Origin: a virus
DNA length: 46,940 nucleotides
Direction: 5' to 3' (one strand)
IMG/VR virus record: IMGVR_UViG_3300025117_001212
Positions 46,626-46,940 of the stretch are shown in pieces. Both the position numbers and the translations under genes were made by a program. The first letter of the stretch is position 1. Each line of letters starts with the position of its first letter. Below the pieces are notes generated by a model. It was given only the letters and a program-made list of their open reading frames with translations, was not told the origin of the DNA and searched no databases.

Positions 46626-46940
46626 TCAAGCTGCTAACCTCAATCCTAATCTCTTAATATTTATAGCAGCATTGTGATCTGCATTCATTGTGAATCCACA
46701 CTTCAAACATCTAAAGTCAGATTGTGATCTCCTATTTCTCTTGTGAGTGAATCCACATTCGCTACATTCTCTTGAAGTGTTCTTAGGATTAACTTTTATC
46801 ACTTTTTTATTATACCAAAGACTCTTATATTCTAACATATTAATCAGTTGTCCCCAAGACTGATTCAGTATTTCCCTATTGAGCCCTGATTTAGCACTGA
46901 CACCACTTCTATGAGATCCATCATCAGTTTTATTTACTTG
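46626..46940 (-). CDS. tnpB: TnpB copy 3 (3' part only; truncated by the window edge)
   Basis: SGLNREILNQSWGQL, zinc finger, NADHNAA. Confidence 0.9.
   Translation of the reverse strand, partial: QVNKTDDGSHRSGVSAKSGLNREILNQSWGQLINMLEYKSLWYNKKVIKVNPKNTSRECSECGFTHKRNRRSQSDFRCLKCGFTMNADHNAAINIKRLGLRLAA

Noticed and set aside
1-46940. Stop-codon reassignment as the cause of the dnaE breaks
   Set aside because: Other genes are full length in code 11 with all three stops used, and the dnaE gap also changes frame

Overview
AT-rich fragment of a large dsDNA phage genome with two convergent arms meeting at about 18660-18918. The left arm (+) encodes tail/virion-like proteins with long poly-serine tracts that flank a ~10 kb glycosyltransferase/methyltransferase cluster, plus a GC-rich acquired module. 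The right arm (-) encodes replication and recombination genes (RuvC-like, SbcCD-like, RecA, SSB-like, HU, split DnaE, thymidylate-synthase-family enzyme, HD nucleotidase), an HNH endonuclease, a heptose kinase, an amidase and many small ORFs. Main finding: four OMEGA RNA-guided nucleases (three TnpB, one IscB) have intact visible catalytic residues and no transposase in the window. Each appears to sit within a phage gene, and in the three fully visible cases that gene appears repaired by the cassette: a recoded 3' end, a start codon supplied by the omega-RNA, or a C-terminus encoded inside the omega-RNA. This suggests RNA-guided homing rather than transposition. Second finding: the C-terminal DnaE gene has a 10-nt stop-containing gap in the conserved YxFPKAH motif, immediately after a long hairpin, which is a candidate programmed translational bypass. 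Also seen: a tRNA-like RNA lacking a normal anticodon arm and a possible virion Ser-heptosylation system. All product calls come from motif recognition by eye; no searches were run.
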